Below, piece by piece: positions 39,330 to 49,142 of a DNA stretch of 59,543 nt (positions are counted from its first letter, which is position 1; every line of letters starts with the position of its first letter). Origin of the DNA: a virus (Duplodnaviria; Caudoviricetes); the IMG/VR virus record IMGVR_UViG_3300003267_000070, positions 1 through 59,543 of that record. The stretch is one strand, 5' to 3'. A model generated the notes under the pieces. It did not search any database, was not told where the DNA came from, and worked only from the letters and a program-made list of their open reading frames with translations. A program made the position numbers and the translations under genes.

Positions 39330-39782
39330 ATGGGACGCACAAGTATCACAGGTTCGTCACCGGGATTTGTAGTCGACTACAACGCCACGGCGCGGACAAC
39401 CGGTTTCCAGATCGACTGGACCAACGTATCCGACGACTACATCTCCGACGGACTGACTAAGAAAGTCATTCCCGCCGGCACCATCATGGCGAAGAACGCC
39501 GCCGGTAAAGTCATCCCGCGTAAGGACGTGGCGGCGGCTTTTGCGGCTAACCCGGCTGACTGGGCGGGTACGGAAACAGGCACGGGCTTCCTTGTCTCAA
39601 ACGCACAGGAGGACTCCATGAGCGCGGCGGCGACGGGATACGGGGTCTTTGGCGGCGGGGTGTTCTACCGTGAACTGCTGCCCGATCGTGAGGATGCCGC
39701 CTTCGACGATTGGGTCGGCGAAGTCGCCGACAAGGGTTACTCCGTTCGTCTGGAAACCTACTCTGACAGCCGCGCTGCGTAA
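39330..39782 (+). CDS. Head decoration / capsid cement protein
   Basis: KKVIPAGT.M.....GK..P ... G.L.......LP pattern; between scaffold and major capsid. Confidence 0.7.
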   Translation: MGRTSITGSSPGFVVDYNATARTTGFQIDWTNVSDDYISDGLTKKVIPAGTIMAKNAAGKVIPRKDVAAAFAANPADWAGTETGTGFLVSNAQEDSMSAAATGYGVFGGGVFYRELLPDREDAAFDDWVGEVADKGYSVRLETYSDSRAA

Positions 39783-39789
39783 AGGAGAC

Positions 39790-40026
39790 ATGCCTGTTAG
39801 TGGAAGCGAGGTGAGACGGCCTGTGTTACTGAGCGATGCGTACAAAGCAACAACTGTAAGGACGGCGCGATGTCCGCGTTGTGACACTACTTACGTTGAC
39901 GACATTCCGTTAATCGGAAGTCTTACGTCTCCGTGTTGTAGTGATTGGGCGCTAGAACGTGGGCCGATTATCGAAAGCGACGAATATCCTTACGTTCACA
40001 GCCTTCAGGATACTTTAGGAGAATAA
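39790..40026 (+). CDS. Small Cys-rich hypothetical protein
   Basis: AAAGGAG SD; CPRC...PCC. Confidence 0.55.
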   Translation: MPVSGSEVRRPVLLSDAYKATTVRTARCPRCDTTYVDDIPLIGSLTSPCCSDWALERGPIIESDEYPYVHSLQDTLGE

Positions 40027-40029
40027 CCG

Positions 40030-41157
40030 ATGGACTTCAGTTTTAGCGAAGCACTTGAGAGCCTCGGGCGTAACGCCGGGTTCCGGATAATGAACGAGGC
40101 GCGGCCCGAGTCGGCGTACTTGCTGGAAACCCTCTTGCCGGAAGTGCCTAAGCCCGACTACTTTGTCGAGTCCGCCTACATGACCATCCGTACCATCATG
40201 GCTGGTCTTGTCGGTATGTCGGCTCCCTACCCTCCGGGCGCAGTGGTCGAGGCCAGTAAGTTTCTGGAAAAGACCGCCAAGATCGCCAACCAAGTCTCGC
40301 TTGAGGAAGAGCCCCTGCGACAGATTCAGGAGATGCTCAAGAATCTTGGCTTGACCGGCGACGCCCGCAAGGAGTTCCTGGCCAATGAAGCCCTGAACTT
40401 CATGGAAAAGGTAGTACGCCAGGGTCACTGGGATACCTTCGAGTGGCTGCGGTCGCAATGCCTGTTCACCGGCAAGATTGACTGGACCTTTAACGAGAAG
40501 CATCTTGATATCGACTACGGCGTCCCGGCGACGTTCTTCGGTACACATCGCACCGGCAACGACCGCTACAACGCGGACCACGCCGACAACAAGTTCTGGG
40601 TGGACCACTACACCGCCCTGAAAGCCCTCTACTACAATGTTCGCGCCATCATCGCCCACACGGATACGATCCAGAACATCGTCAACAACGACCGGTTGAA
40701 ACTGGACGTGTCGCAAAACGGGAACGTCTTCACTCTCCGGCGCTACCGCACTCGCGGCAACGGGGAAGTCCTATCCAGCGACTCCCGTGACTCCCTGACC
40801 ATCATCGCCTACGACCTGGAGGGCGAGGTGCTTGACCCGGCCAACACGGCACTCACCAAGCGCATTCAGTTCGCCCCAACCGGCAAGATCCTCTATGTCG
40901 CCAACAACCGGCGCACCGGCTATCGCGTGGGTGAAGGCTCAACACCCGATCCGATCCGTGATCAAGCCCTTGGCTACACGCATATCGCGCCAACGGTGGA
41001 GGGTAATGGTGCGATGGGCCGTTGGGGGAGACTGTACGTACCGGAGGACGCGCAGTGGTCCATCCGCGCGGAGGGAGTGACAAACGGCCTGCCTGTACGT
41101 GAAGACGTGACGGCCACACAGGCTAAGACTTACGTGAACAGTACGGCGCTAAGCTAA
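40030..41157 (+). CDS. Major capsid protein (lambda gpE-like HK97 fold)
   Basis: 375 aa; EWLR.Q.L.TG.I.......IDYGVP; G.P near C-terminus; synteny. Confidence 0.85.
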   Translation: MDFSFSEALESLGRNAGFRIMNEARPESAYLLETLLPEVPKPDYFVESAYMTIRTIMAGLVGMSAPYPPGAVVEASKFLEKTAKIANQVSLEEEPLRQIQEMLKNLGLTGDARKEFLANEALNFMEKVVRQGHWDTFEWLRSQCLFTGKIDWTFNEKHLDIDYGVPATFFGTHRTGNDRYNADHADNKFWVDHYTALKALYYNVRAIIAHTDTIQNIVNNDRLKLDVSQNGNVFTLRRYRTRGNGEVLSSDSRDSLTIIAYDLEGEVLDPANTALTKRIQFAPTGKILYVANNRRTGYRVGEGSTPDPIRDQALGYTHIAPTVEGNGAMGRWGRLYVPEDAQWSIRAEGVTNGLPVREDVTATQAKTYVNSTALS

Positions 41158-41175
41158 GACAGGAGTAATAGACGG

Positions 41176-41643
41176 ATGAAACCAAAGACTCGACTGGTAT
41201 TAATCGCAGCCTTAGTAATCGCCTTACTCCTGCCAATCGTCGCCTACGCACAGGGCTATCGTCTCCGCTACGGCGGCGGGGTTATCGACATCAGCAGCAC
41301 TGGCGCGGTCAGACTTACTCCCAAGAGCGGGCAGGGGGTGGTTGTAGGCGGCGGCGCGGCGCTGAAAAAGGTGTTGTCGGCTACGGCGTCGGTAGACTTC
41401 ACCGCGCTGGCTGCGGGTACCTGTGAGACGTTTGACGTTACCGTGACCGGCGCAGCGGACGGCGATTCGGTGTCGCTGGGCGTTCCCGCCGCCGCATGGG
41501 CCACGACTGAGTACGCAACGATTCAAGGGTTTGTGTCGGCAACGAATACGGTAACGGTCAAGCGATGTAACCTGACCAACGCCACTACGCCGTTGAGTAA
41601 TCCGGCGGCAGTCACCGTGAGAGCAACAGTGTTCCAGTTCTAG
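41176..41643 (+). CDS. Beta-sandwich protein with N-terminal signal peptide, downstream of the capsid gene
   Basis: MKPKTR + LVLIAALVIALLLPIV + AYA/Q; ASVDF....AG......TVTGA..GD.V.LG.P domain. Confidence 0.65.
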   Translation: MKPKTRLVLIAALVIALLLPIVAYAQGYRLRYGGGVIDISSTGAVRLTPKSGQGVVVGGGAALKKVLSATASVDFTALAAGTCETFDVTVTGAADGDSVSLGVPAAAWATTEYATIQGFVSATNTVTVKRCNLTNATTPLSNPAAVTVRATVFQF

Positions 41644-41646
41644 TAA

Positions 41647-41976
41647 ATGCCGACCCCAACCGACGCACAGATTGACAAGGTTCGCGAGGTCACAGGCGAG
41701 AATGATTACGATCTGATTGCCGCACTAATCGAGACTCGTACCGACGCTCAATGGGAGCGGGCACTGGAGTTGATGGACGCGTGGGACGCAGAGTATCCGG
41801 CAGGTGAATCAATTGGTATTCGAGGGCAAGGGGTTGAGTTTAACCCGCATATTGACGCCGGACTTGATATCCGTAATCGCATGCGGCTGCTGTTTGGGCT
41901 ACCCGAGGTGAGGAGTGCAGCTATCACCGGGGAGTCGGCAGGCTCGGTGGTCTTGCTCAACAGGTTCGTATTCTAA
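41647..41976 (+). CDS. Head-tail adaptor (putative)
   Basis: Size, helical composition and position. Confidence 0.55.
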   Translation: MPTPTDAQIDKVREVTGENDYDLIAALIETRTDAQWERALELMDAWDAEYPAGESIGIRGQGVEFNPHIDAGLDIRNRMRLLFGLPEVRSAAITGESAGSVVLLNRFVF

Positions 41977-41980
41977 GCCT

Positions 41981-42331
41981 ATGCGATCACGAGTGGGTAG
42001 GGCTTATGACCGAGCGCGAGTCAAGATTGCAAGGAAGGCCGACAGGGTTCTTGCCGACAAGGGCCGTCTCATTATCGATGGAGTCGAGCACGATGACACT
42101 CCTTGCGAGATTAACGGAGGCTCAGGTGACGTTAACGGCGCAACTTATCGCGTCAAGTTCGCATGGGACGCTCCGGCCGCAATCGGGGCAACACTGGTAG
42201 TCGAGGCAATTGAAGGACGAGGAGAGTTAACATTGCAGTTAACTGAGCCGATTGATTCATCGACAGCCATCTGGCAGGAGTGGCGGGCAATGTCAGCGCC
42301 GAATTACGGCAGGGCGAACGTGGGATTATGA
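41981..42331 (+). CDS. Head closure protein (putative)
   Basis: Size, beta-rich, position. Confidence 0.5.
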   Translation: MRSRVGRAYDRARVKIARKADRVLADKGRLIIDGVEHDDTPCEINGGSGDVNGATYRVKFAWDAPAAIGATLVVEAIEGRGELTLQLTEPIDSSTAIWQEWRAMSAPNYGRANVGL

Positions 42332-42804
42332 TTAAGGTCAACGTTAAAGGTGAACGGCGGCTATACGCAGCGATTGACACGCTCGTCCGTGACGTCTCCG
42401 ACTTTCGCCGTCACTGGCGGCGTCACATTGACATTCGCCATCGTTACCAGAAGCAGTGGCTTGATTCACGCGGCGGCGGTACCTGGCCCAAGCTGACGGA
42501 CCTGTACCTTGAACGCAAGCGGCACGATCCACGCGCCGTGTTCCTTGAGATTCTCCAGCTTACCGGGCACCTGTATCGCTCCCTGATTGGGCGGGGATCG
42601 GATGCCGTAGTCGAGGAAGGCCCAACAAGCCTGACTATCGGCTCAAGCGACCCAAAGGCCCGTTGGCACCACGAGGGACGAGGCCGGCTACCTGTTCGTC
42701 GCGTGATCAGCATCAGCGACGAGGAGCAACGGGAGCACCAGGCGGCGATGTTTGAAAGCTTGGCGGACATTGCTCGCAGGGCTGAGTTCAAGGTTGTCGC
42801 CTGA
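42328..42804 (+). CDS. Virion morphogenesis / tail completion protein (Mu gpG, P2 S-like)
   Basis: W..L...Y...K......IL..TG.LYRSL ......IGS...A.WH.EG...LP.R. Confidence 0.8.
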   Translation: MIKVNVKGERRLYAAIDTLVRDVSDFRRHWRRHIDIRHRYQKQWLDSRGGGTWPKLTDLYLERKRHDPRAVFLEILQLTGHLYRSLIGRGSDAVVEEGPTSLTIGSSDPKARWHHEGRGRLPVRRVISISDEEQREHQAAMFESLADIARRAEFKVVA

Positions 42805-43325
42805 TGCCGTTTACGCCGCGTGTCTACTCGAGGTCGCGCCGGGTGATAGTTGATAACTACCTGAGTCTGGTTAAGGAGCGTAATACCGATGCGCTGGCTC
42901 TAATAGACGGCTCTTTGACTCCGTTTGCCGCCGAGAACGTACGGCGTTCAGCAGGCGGGCTGCTCACTCAGGAATTCCCCATGTTTCTCATTACCCGTGT
43001 GCGGACGGAGATTGAGGAAGTCAACGGCGGGATGCTGTTGAAAGTGGCTCACTTCATCGAGGTAATGCTCAAGCTAACCGGGCCGGGGGTAACAGTGGAA
43101 GCTGCCGAGACGCTTGAAACCAACGCTGACAAGTACTTGGAGGCAATGGATGCCCTAACGCGAGCGGTGACGCCAAACGAGTGGCGCAACGGGCTGGCCA
43201 AATGCAGCGCCCCTTATTGCGACGTGACGGACCACGACAATGACACCACGCGACGCGGCAGCGTAACCAGTTTTGTGCAGTTACCAACATTTAACGTAGA
43301 GATCCATCTCGAGGAAGGTAAGTAG
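42804..43325 (+). CDS. Tail terminator (putative)
   Basis: FP.FLI motif and position before tail tube. Confidence 0.55.
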   Translation: MPFTPRVYSRSRRVIVDNYLSLVKERNTDALALIDGSLTPFAAENVRRSAGGLLTQEFPMFLITRVRTEIEEVNGGMLLKVAHFIEVMLKLTGPGVTVEAAETLETNADKYLEAMDALTRAVTPNEWRNGLAKCSAPYCDVTDHDNDTTRRGSVTSFVQLPTFNVEIHLEEGK

Positions 43326-43330
43326 GAAAT

Positions 43331-43750
43331 ATGGGTACAGAGGAAGCAAAACTTACTACCGCTAAAACTGACGTAGCGGCGGGAATTGCCAGAGTAAAGC
43401 GCTTCGGAATTGATCCCGCAAAAATGACCGAAGCGGACGCGCTGAAACTACAACATCGTGGTATTGATCCGGATACGTTTGAGCGTAAGGCGGTCACCTA
43501 TGATGGTCTTATTGAGGAGTTCGGCCGTCCTCTAGGGCCGCAAATTTATAACGCCATCGCAAGAGCGGGATGGCGAGCGGTTCCAGCTAATCGCGGCGAT
43601 CTGTCCATTGAGACACTGAAAGATCAGTGGATGGCTCCACGGCAAGCAAAAGAGTCTGAGGATGAATTTAAAAAGCGCCTGGAAAAGCATCGTCAGACCC
43701 GTGAGCAGGTTTATAAGATACTGGCTGAGGCTGAAGGGGGTATTAAATAA
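43331..43750 (+). CDS. Hypothetical protein
   Basis: ORF with SD in tail operon. Confidence 0.6.
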   Translation: MGTEEAKLTTAKTDVAAGIARVKRFGIDPAKMTEADALKLQHRGIDPDTFERKAVTYDGLIEEFGRPLGPQIYNAIARAGWRAVPANRGDLSIETLKDQWMAPRQAKESEDEFKKRLEKHRQTREQVYKILAEAEGGIK

Positions 43751-44373
43751 TGGCGGGCCTACCTCATGGATGGAACGTTAATGAATTGCATCGGGGATTC
43801 GGGGAACTTTTCGTCGGGTTGGCGCTACCAGCCGACGGGGCCGTAATGGCGATTGATTTTGCTACTGGAACTCCCGATGCGACTGCGAATCCTAACGGCT
43901 TTTCCGTTGGCTACACAGCGGAAGGATGGGATTTCACCATCGAGTACACCTCCGAGCAACGCAAGGTTGACGAAGAGGAGACGGCTGTCGCTGACTTCAT
44001 CACGGAGACCACGGCGACGATAGCCGGGCAGATGGCCCAAGTGAGAAACCTTGAAAAACTATCCTTCATGCTGCCCGGATCGGTATACACCGCTCCCGCT
44101 GGTACCCCAACTCAAGTAGAGAAAATCACTGGCGGTGGCGGCACTACCTTTGATTATTTTACAGCCGCTTTGATTTGGCCCGACGATGATGACGATGCTG
44201 TGTTTTGGTGGATCATGCTTTATCGCTGCCTAAACACTGGCGGTCTAACCATCGGCATCGGTCGCACAAAGGATGCCTTAGCTCCTGTTACGCTTTCAGG
44301 ACGTGCTGTCAGCAGTCGCACGGCTGGAGATCGCGTCTACGCAAAAGTGCGCGCTGAGGACGTAACTCCGTAG
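43750..44373 (+). CDS. Major tail tube protein
   Basis: G.G.LFVG, VGYT.EG..F, .VDE, PVT.SG pattern; precedes chaperone and tape measure. Confidence 0.8.
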   Translation: MAGLPHGWNVNELHRGFGELFVGLALPADGAVMAIDFATGTPDATANPNGFSVGYTAEGWDFTIEYTSEQRKVDEEETAVADFITETTATIAGQMAQVRNLEKLSFMLPGSVYTAPAGTPTQVEKITGGGGTTFDYFTAALIWPDDDDDAVFWWIMLYRCLNTGGLTIGIGRTKDALAPVTLSGRAVSSRTAGDRVYAKVRAEDVTP

Positions 44374-44401
44374 TAGCCCGCTTAACTAGTTTTTACAACC
44401 A

Positions 44402-44449
44402 GTGCCGTCGGCGTCGTGAGAACGATTAGCTTGGCGGCACGAACTTTTT
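44402..44449 (+). terminator. Hairpin after tail tube gene (partial terminator/processing site)
   Basis: GTGCCGTC/GGCGGCAC stem, GTCGT-GAGA-ACGAT cap, then ACTTTTT. Confidence 0.55.
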
Positions 44450-44459
44450 AGAAGGAGAA

Positions 44460-45023
44460 ATGATGACAGAAGAATTGAAAGTAATCAGTCCGGAAGAGTA
44501 CGCAAAACTCGTCAAGCCAATTGTCGAAGCTGAGCAATCAGATCCCGGTGAGCTCGTGACGCTACCCAAGACGGGCGCGGTTGTTCGCTTACGACGCGCA
44601 GACCTTGAAGGCGAGGCGCTGACGGGCGGCTTGCCTATGAGTCTTGTCCTTGCCTCACGGGGCGTAGCGGACGAAGAAGAGGGAGGCCGCGAATTAAAGG
44701 AGACCACGCCCGAAGAGAACGCGGAAAATGCAAAAGCTCTCATCTTCATGCGTCAGACCGTTGTTGAGAACTGTCTTGAACCGAAGATCGGACAGGACGT
44801 TGCCGGCCGCGTTTGTTTCATGGTTGACGATCGCGCAATTGCCCGTGTCCACAAGGATGACTTCATGTACATGTTCTCCTGGATCTCCGGGCAGGAAGGG
44901 AATGACGGCATAAAGAAATTTCGTAACCGAAAGGAAAGACGAGCATCTGCTGCTCAGTCTCGCGGCAAGACACTTCGGACTGGACCCGTGGGAGCTACTG
45001 AGAGGGAACCCGCGACGGCTTAA
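44460..45023 (+). CDS. Tail assembly chaperone (gpG-like)
   Basis: AAGGAG SD; between tail tube and tape measure. Confidence 0.75.
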   Translation: MMTEELKVISPEEYAKLVKPIVEAEQSDPGELVTLPKTGAVVRLRRADLEGEALTGGLPMSLVLASRGVADEEEGGRELKETTPEENAENAKALIFMRQTVVENCLEPKIGQDVAGRVCFMVDDRAIARVHKDDFMYMFSWISGQEGNDGIKKFRNRKERRASAAQSRGKTLRTGPVGATEREPATA

Positions 45024-45216
45024 CTTCACTCTCGCCTGTGCAGCGGTCTTGCAACGTTACGACCTGGAACGCGATGAGGCGCTTCGTAAATGGAATGCCG
45101 CGTGTTGGGGCGCTGAGATCAAAAACGAGCCGGTAAAGCCGAGTAATGGACGCCCGGCAAAGCAGACAATGACTGCGTGGGACATTATGCGCAACCATAA
45201 AAAGGCAAATGGCTGA
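44920..45216 (+). CDS. Frameshift extension of tail chaperone (gpT-like), +1 frame
   Basis: Open +1 frame with no early start codon begins at AAA TTT CGT (44916-44924): FVTERKDEHLLLSLAARHFGLDPWELL...; ends overlapping tape measure start. Confidence 0.7.
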   Translation, partial: FVTERKDEHLLLSLAARHFGLDPWELLRGNPRRLNFTLACAAVLQRYDLERDEALRKWNAACWGAEIKNEPVKPSNGRPAKQTMTAWDIMRNHKKANG

Positions 45217-48200
45217 TTCTCTTCGTCTTCTATTTGAACTAGATGTTGACCCTCGCGCCGGGGTCGCAGGACTTCAGCGTTTTCGGAAAGACATCGCCGC
45301 GACCATTGCCGCAACACGGAAAGCCCTCACCCAATCATTCACCCTCCCGCCTATTAAGCTTCCAACCGTCACCGCTGCCACCGGCGGCCGCGGACAGGCT
45401 GATGCGCATGTTAGAGAATTCCGACGCCTGGAAGCTGAAGCAAAGAGATCAGCTAAAGCCCAAGAGACAGAACAGAAGAGACTTAACAGCGCGGTTCAGT
45501 CCTTACAGCGACAACGCTCCGCCGCGATCATTGCCGGTTGGAAAGCGGAAGAGCGGGCCGCAGCCGCTTCATTAAGAGCGCAGGAGCGAGCGGCACAACA
45601 AGCCAGTCGCGCAATCGTTAAATCGTTTCGTGATATTGGGCGTGGTATCGGGCCGGGACTACAATCAATTGGGCGAACACTCTCGATAGGCGTCACCGCA
45701 CCGCTTCTTGCCCTCGGTGCGGCTTCACTAAAGAGCGCTAAAGACATTGACGCCAACGTGAACACGCTGAAAGCGTTCACCGGCAGTGCTGAAGCGGCGG
45801 AACGTCGGTTAGCGGAACTGATTAAGACTGCTCGGGGTACGCCCGGACTCACAACGAACCTGGCGTTAACACTCGACGCCCAGCTTCGAACCGCTCAGGT
45901 GACGGAAGAAACGATTAACCGCGTACTGCCTGCTATCGGGCGACTAAATGCCGTTTCAAGACTTCCTGATGTCGGCCGCTTTACGCAAAACCTCTTGCAG
46001 CTCGTTACGCAGAACTTCGAGCGGCAGGACCTAAAAGAGCTTGTCGGGCAAAGTCCTATTGCCGGCCAGTTGATCAGAGAGCTATTTAACGTTGATTCGC
46101 CCACAAACACAAAAGCCATCAGGGAGCAGGCGCAGAAACTTGGTCTAACGACTGTCGATTCATTCTTTGCGGCGCTTGCGGAAGCCGCGCAGCGCAACCA
46201 GGGACTCGCGAATGTTACGGAGTCTATCGGCACACGCTTCGAAAAGGCGGTGGACCGGGTAACGGTAGCTCTGAGACCTCTGGGCCTCGCGATCATTAAC
46301 GCGATCGAGCCGTTTATCGAACCCGTAGCTAAACTGATTGAGCGTATCGGTGACGCTTTTAATTCCCTCTCCGCGCCTGTCAAGACAGCCATTATTGTGA
46401 TCGCCGGGATCGCCGCGGCGGTTGGGCCTGTGCTGTTCGTACTGGGGTCGCTTGCCTCTGCGGTTGAAAACGTCATAGCGGCTGTGAGTGTAGTAGGGGC
46501 AGCGATAGCTCTAGTTGGTTTTCCTGAACTGATCTTAGTTATTGGCGGTCTTGTTATTGTGATAGGTGAATGGGTCGCGATCCTTGGGGCGTTAGGACTT
46601 GCGTGGAAGACTAACTTCCTCAACATCCGCGATCTGACCGCGGACGCCGCCAGCGCCGTCCTTCAGGCGTTTAGTCGTATCAAGGCCGTTTTTGATGAAG
46701 CCACACAGCGCATTCTGCCGACTCTTCAGTCGATCACAACTAAGGTGCTTGGGGTAATAACACTCGCATGGGACAAGTACGGCAAGGACATTGTTCGGGT
46801 TGTTGGCGCGTCGTTCAGGTTTATCTCCGGCGTTCTGGAGGTCTTTCTTACTCAGTTCACGAACTTTGTTGACTTACTCCTGAAGCTGATTGACGGAGAT
46901 TTCCGTGGCGCATGGGCGGCGTTCGCTCGCATTCACATCACCGCTTTAGAAGCGTTTCAAAAGTTCCTTGACCAGCTTGGACCGTTGATGATTCGAGCGT
47001 TTGGGCGCTTACACGTCATTATTCTTGCGGAATCCATTCGGCTGGCCCAACTCGGAACGGTTTTAGGCGTCGAGATAGCGGCCGCTATAGCTAAATCGCT
47101 GGTCGCCGCCCACGGAACAGTCCGTGATGCGTTGATCGAGATGCTGGTTCTGGCGGTTGCGGGAATTGACCCAACTACGATTGCCTCAGTGTTTGTAGCG
47201 AAGTTTATTGCCGCGTTAAAAAAGGCGGCGGGTGCGGGCGTAACGATTCCGGTGACCGTGACCCCGGGTCCTACTGTCGGCGCAGACGTCGGGGCCGGCG
47301 CTGGATTATTCAGGCCCAAGAAGCCACCGCCACCGGGTGACAAGGACAAGGGGGCCGATGCGGAAACCCGACGCCGTATCAGACTGCTCGAGTTGGAAGC
47401 GGAACGAGCCGAGGCTATTGCACGCCAACGAATTAGTGCCGAAAACATCTTCTTTGAGCAACGTAAAACCTCACTGAAAGACTTCACGGATTTTCAGATC
47501 AAAGAAGAAGAGATCGTTCTCGAAAAGAAGAAAGCGGTCTTTGCCGCTGAACGAGCCGAAGCGGAGAAACTCACGAAGGGACGTGATCTGGCATTAGGTG
47601 AGATTCGACTAAAAGAACTGAAGGCCGAGCTTGATTTCCAGGATCGGCGCAATCAACTCCTTGCAAATCAGCAACGGGAGGAATTGGAAGCTACTAAAGC
47701 CCATCGACAGGCCGTGCTCGATATCCAAGATGAGGGTGATCGCAAGCGCCTAGAACTTATTGATTCCTACGTCGAGCGTTACCTTATAAGTTACGAAGAG
47801 GCTGAGAAGCGACGGCTGAAGATTGAACAGGATGCGCGTGATCGTCGCCGCGTAGAACTCGAATCCCAACTTAGTGAAGCAGGTCGGAATGTCGAAGAGC
47901 AGCAACGGATAAAAGATGCGATTGCTAAACTTGACGCTGAATCCGCAACCGCCAAGGAAGAAGCGGAGAATCGAAAACGCCGCGCGCTAAGGGCCACTTT
48001 AGAAGCCGAGCGGGACTATTACGATACTCTGCATCGAATCACGCTCAGGGCCGCACAGCTTGCTCGCGAAGCGGCCGGTATCCAGCTTCAACGCCTCATA
48101 GATCGTCTTGGTGATCGTCGCCGCTTTCGCCTGCGAGCCTTGGAACTGGAACGCCGGGCAAATGAAGAGGATCATCGGGAGCGTCTGCGACAAATTGAAC

Positions 48201-49141
48201 AAGAAAAACAGGACGCGGAAAAACGTCTTGAGGGAGTAAGGGACGCTGAAGAGAAGTTGCTTAAGCTCCGAGAGTACTATCGCAAGCTGGAAAAGGCTGA
48301 ACGGAAGCGCCGTGCTGAGGAACAAAAGAAAGAAGATCAAGACGAGAGAAAAGAGCGTGACCCGTTTGATCCGCTCAAAAAGGCATTTGATCGGTTCCGT
48401 GACGCCGTTAAGCATTCCGGGGATTCGATTAAAGAGTCTATTGGATCTATCGTGGCAAGAGTTGGCGAGGCTGCTCAATCGATGGTTGACGCGCTTCGCC
48501 AGGGTATTGTGGCGTGGATTCTTTATAGCGAGTCGCTCGGTAAGGCGCTCAAGGCGGCTTTGGCTCAGCAACTTGCCGTACTGGCCGCCGAGTTCGCCAT
48601 TCAGGCACTCAAACACGGCGCTTACGCTTTAGGTTCACTTGCTTTTGGAAACTTTATCGGAGCGGCGAAGCACGCTGCCGCCGCCGCTGCATTCCTCGCC
48701 GCCGCCGCCGCTACCGGAGTTGCCGCACGGTCTCTTGCCCGAAGCGCGGGCCTGCATAATCGCGGTGGCTCAGCTTCTACCGCATCTGCGGCTGTTGCCG
48801 GCGGTGCGCCGCAAAACCGAGAATTCAACTACGGCGGGCAAGCGGTTGAACCATCATCAGCCGCTGCGCGTGAAGGGTCAGCAGGTGCCGGAGGGCGAAC
48901 GCCGGGGATCTTCGGTGTCGTTGCCGATCTGGCAAGGGAGGTTAAGCAGGCGAGGCTGGATAATGCGGCGTTGACCGCAAAGCTTGACGGCACGCTTTCG
49001 CGGATCGGGTCACTACCGCCGGGAGATGTGGTTACTATCGGAGCGGAGTCAGCGTCAGCAGCTATCGGGGCTGCGACTATTCAACACGGTAAAGAGAATA
49101 ATGATTATTATCGTGAGTTAGCAACTAACATGGGATTTTAA
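45209..49141 (+). CDS. Tape measure protein
   Basis: 1310 aa, Ala/Leu-rich helical, GRTLSIGVTAPL motif, hydrophobic central segment, long coiled coil. Confidence 0.92.
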   Translation: MADSLRLLFELDVDPRAGVAGLQRFRKDIAATIAATRKALTQSFTLPPIKLPTVTAATGGRGQADAHVREFRRLEAEAKRSAKAQETEQKRLNSAVQSLQRQRSAAIIAGWKAEERAAAASLRAQERAAQQASRAIVKSFRDIGRGIGPGLQSIGRTLSIGVTAPLLALGAASLKSAKDIDANVNTLKAFTGSAEAAERRLAELIKTARGTPGLTTNLALTLDAQLRTAQVTEETINRVLPAIGRLNAVSRLPDVGRFTQNLLQLVTQNFERQDLKELVGQSPIAGQLIRELFNVDSPTNTKAIREQAQKLGLTTVDSFFAALAEAAQRNQGLANVTESIGTRFEKAVDRVTVALRPLGLAIINAIEPFIEPVAKLIERIGDAFNSLSAPVKTAIIVIAGIAAAVGPVLFVLGSLASAVENVIAAVSVVGAAIALVGFPELILVIGGLVIVIGEWVAILGALGLAWKTNFLNIRDLTADAASAVLQAFSRIKAVFDEATQRILPTLQSITTKVLGVITLAWDKYGKDIVRVVGASFRFISGVLEVFLTQFTNFVDLLLKLIDGDFRGAWAAFARIHITALEAFQKFLDQLGPLMIRAFGRLHVIILAESIRLAQLGTVLGVEIAAAIAKSLVAAHGTVRDALIEMLVLAVAGIDPTTIASVFVAKFIAALKKAAGAGVTIPVTVTPGPTVGADVGAGAGLFRPKKPPPPGDKDKGADAETRRRIRLLELEAERAEAIARQRISAENIFFEQRKTSLKDFTDFQIKEEEIVLEKKKAVFAAERAEAEKLTKGRDLALGEIRLKELKAELDFQDRRNQLLANQQREELEATKAHRQAVLDIQDEGDRKRLELIDSYVERYLISYEEAEKRRLKIEQDARDRRRVELESQLSEAGRNVEEQQRIKDAIAKLDAESATAKEEAENRKRRALRATLEAERDYYDTLHRITLRAAQLAREAAGIQLQRLIDRLGDRRRFRLRALELERRANEEDHRERLRQIEQEKQDAEKRLEGVRDAEEKLLKLREYYRKLEKAERKRRAEEQKKEDQDERKERDPFDPLKKAFDRFRDAVKHSGDSIKESIGSIVARVGEAAQSMVDALRQGIVAWILYSESLGKALKAALAQQLAVLAAEFAIQALKHGAYALGSLAFGNFIGAAKHAAAAAAFLAAAAATGVAARSLARSAGLHNRGGSASTASAAVAGGAPQNREFNYGGQAVEPSSAAAREGSAGAGGRTPGIFGVVADLAREVKQARLDNAALTAKLDGTLSRIGSLPPGDVVTIGAESASAAIGAATIQHGKENNDYYRELATNMGF

Positions 49142-49142
49142 G

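Noticed and set aside
38671-48828. Long antisense ORFs opposite scaffold, capsid and tape measure genes
   Set aside because: Shadow frames of GC-rich coding sequence; Ser/Ala/Arg-rich with no SD
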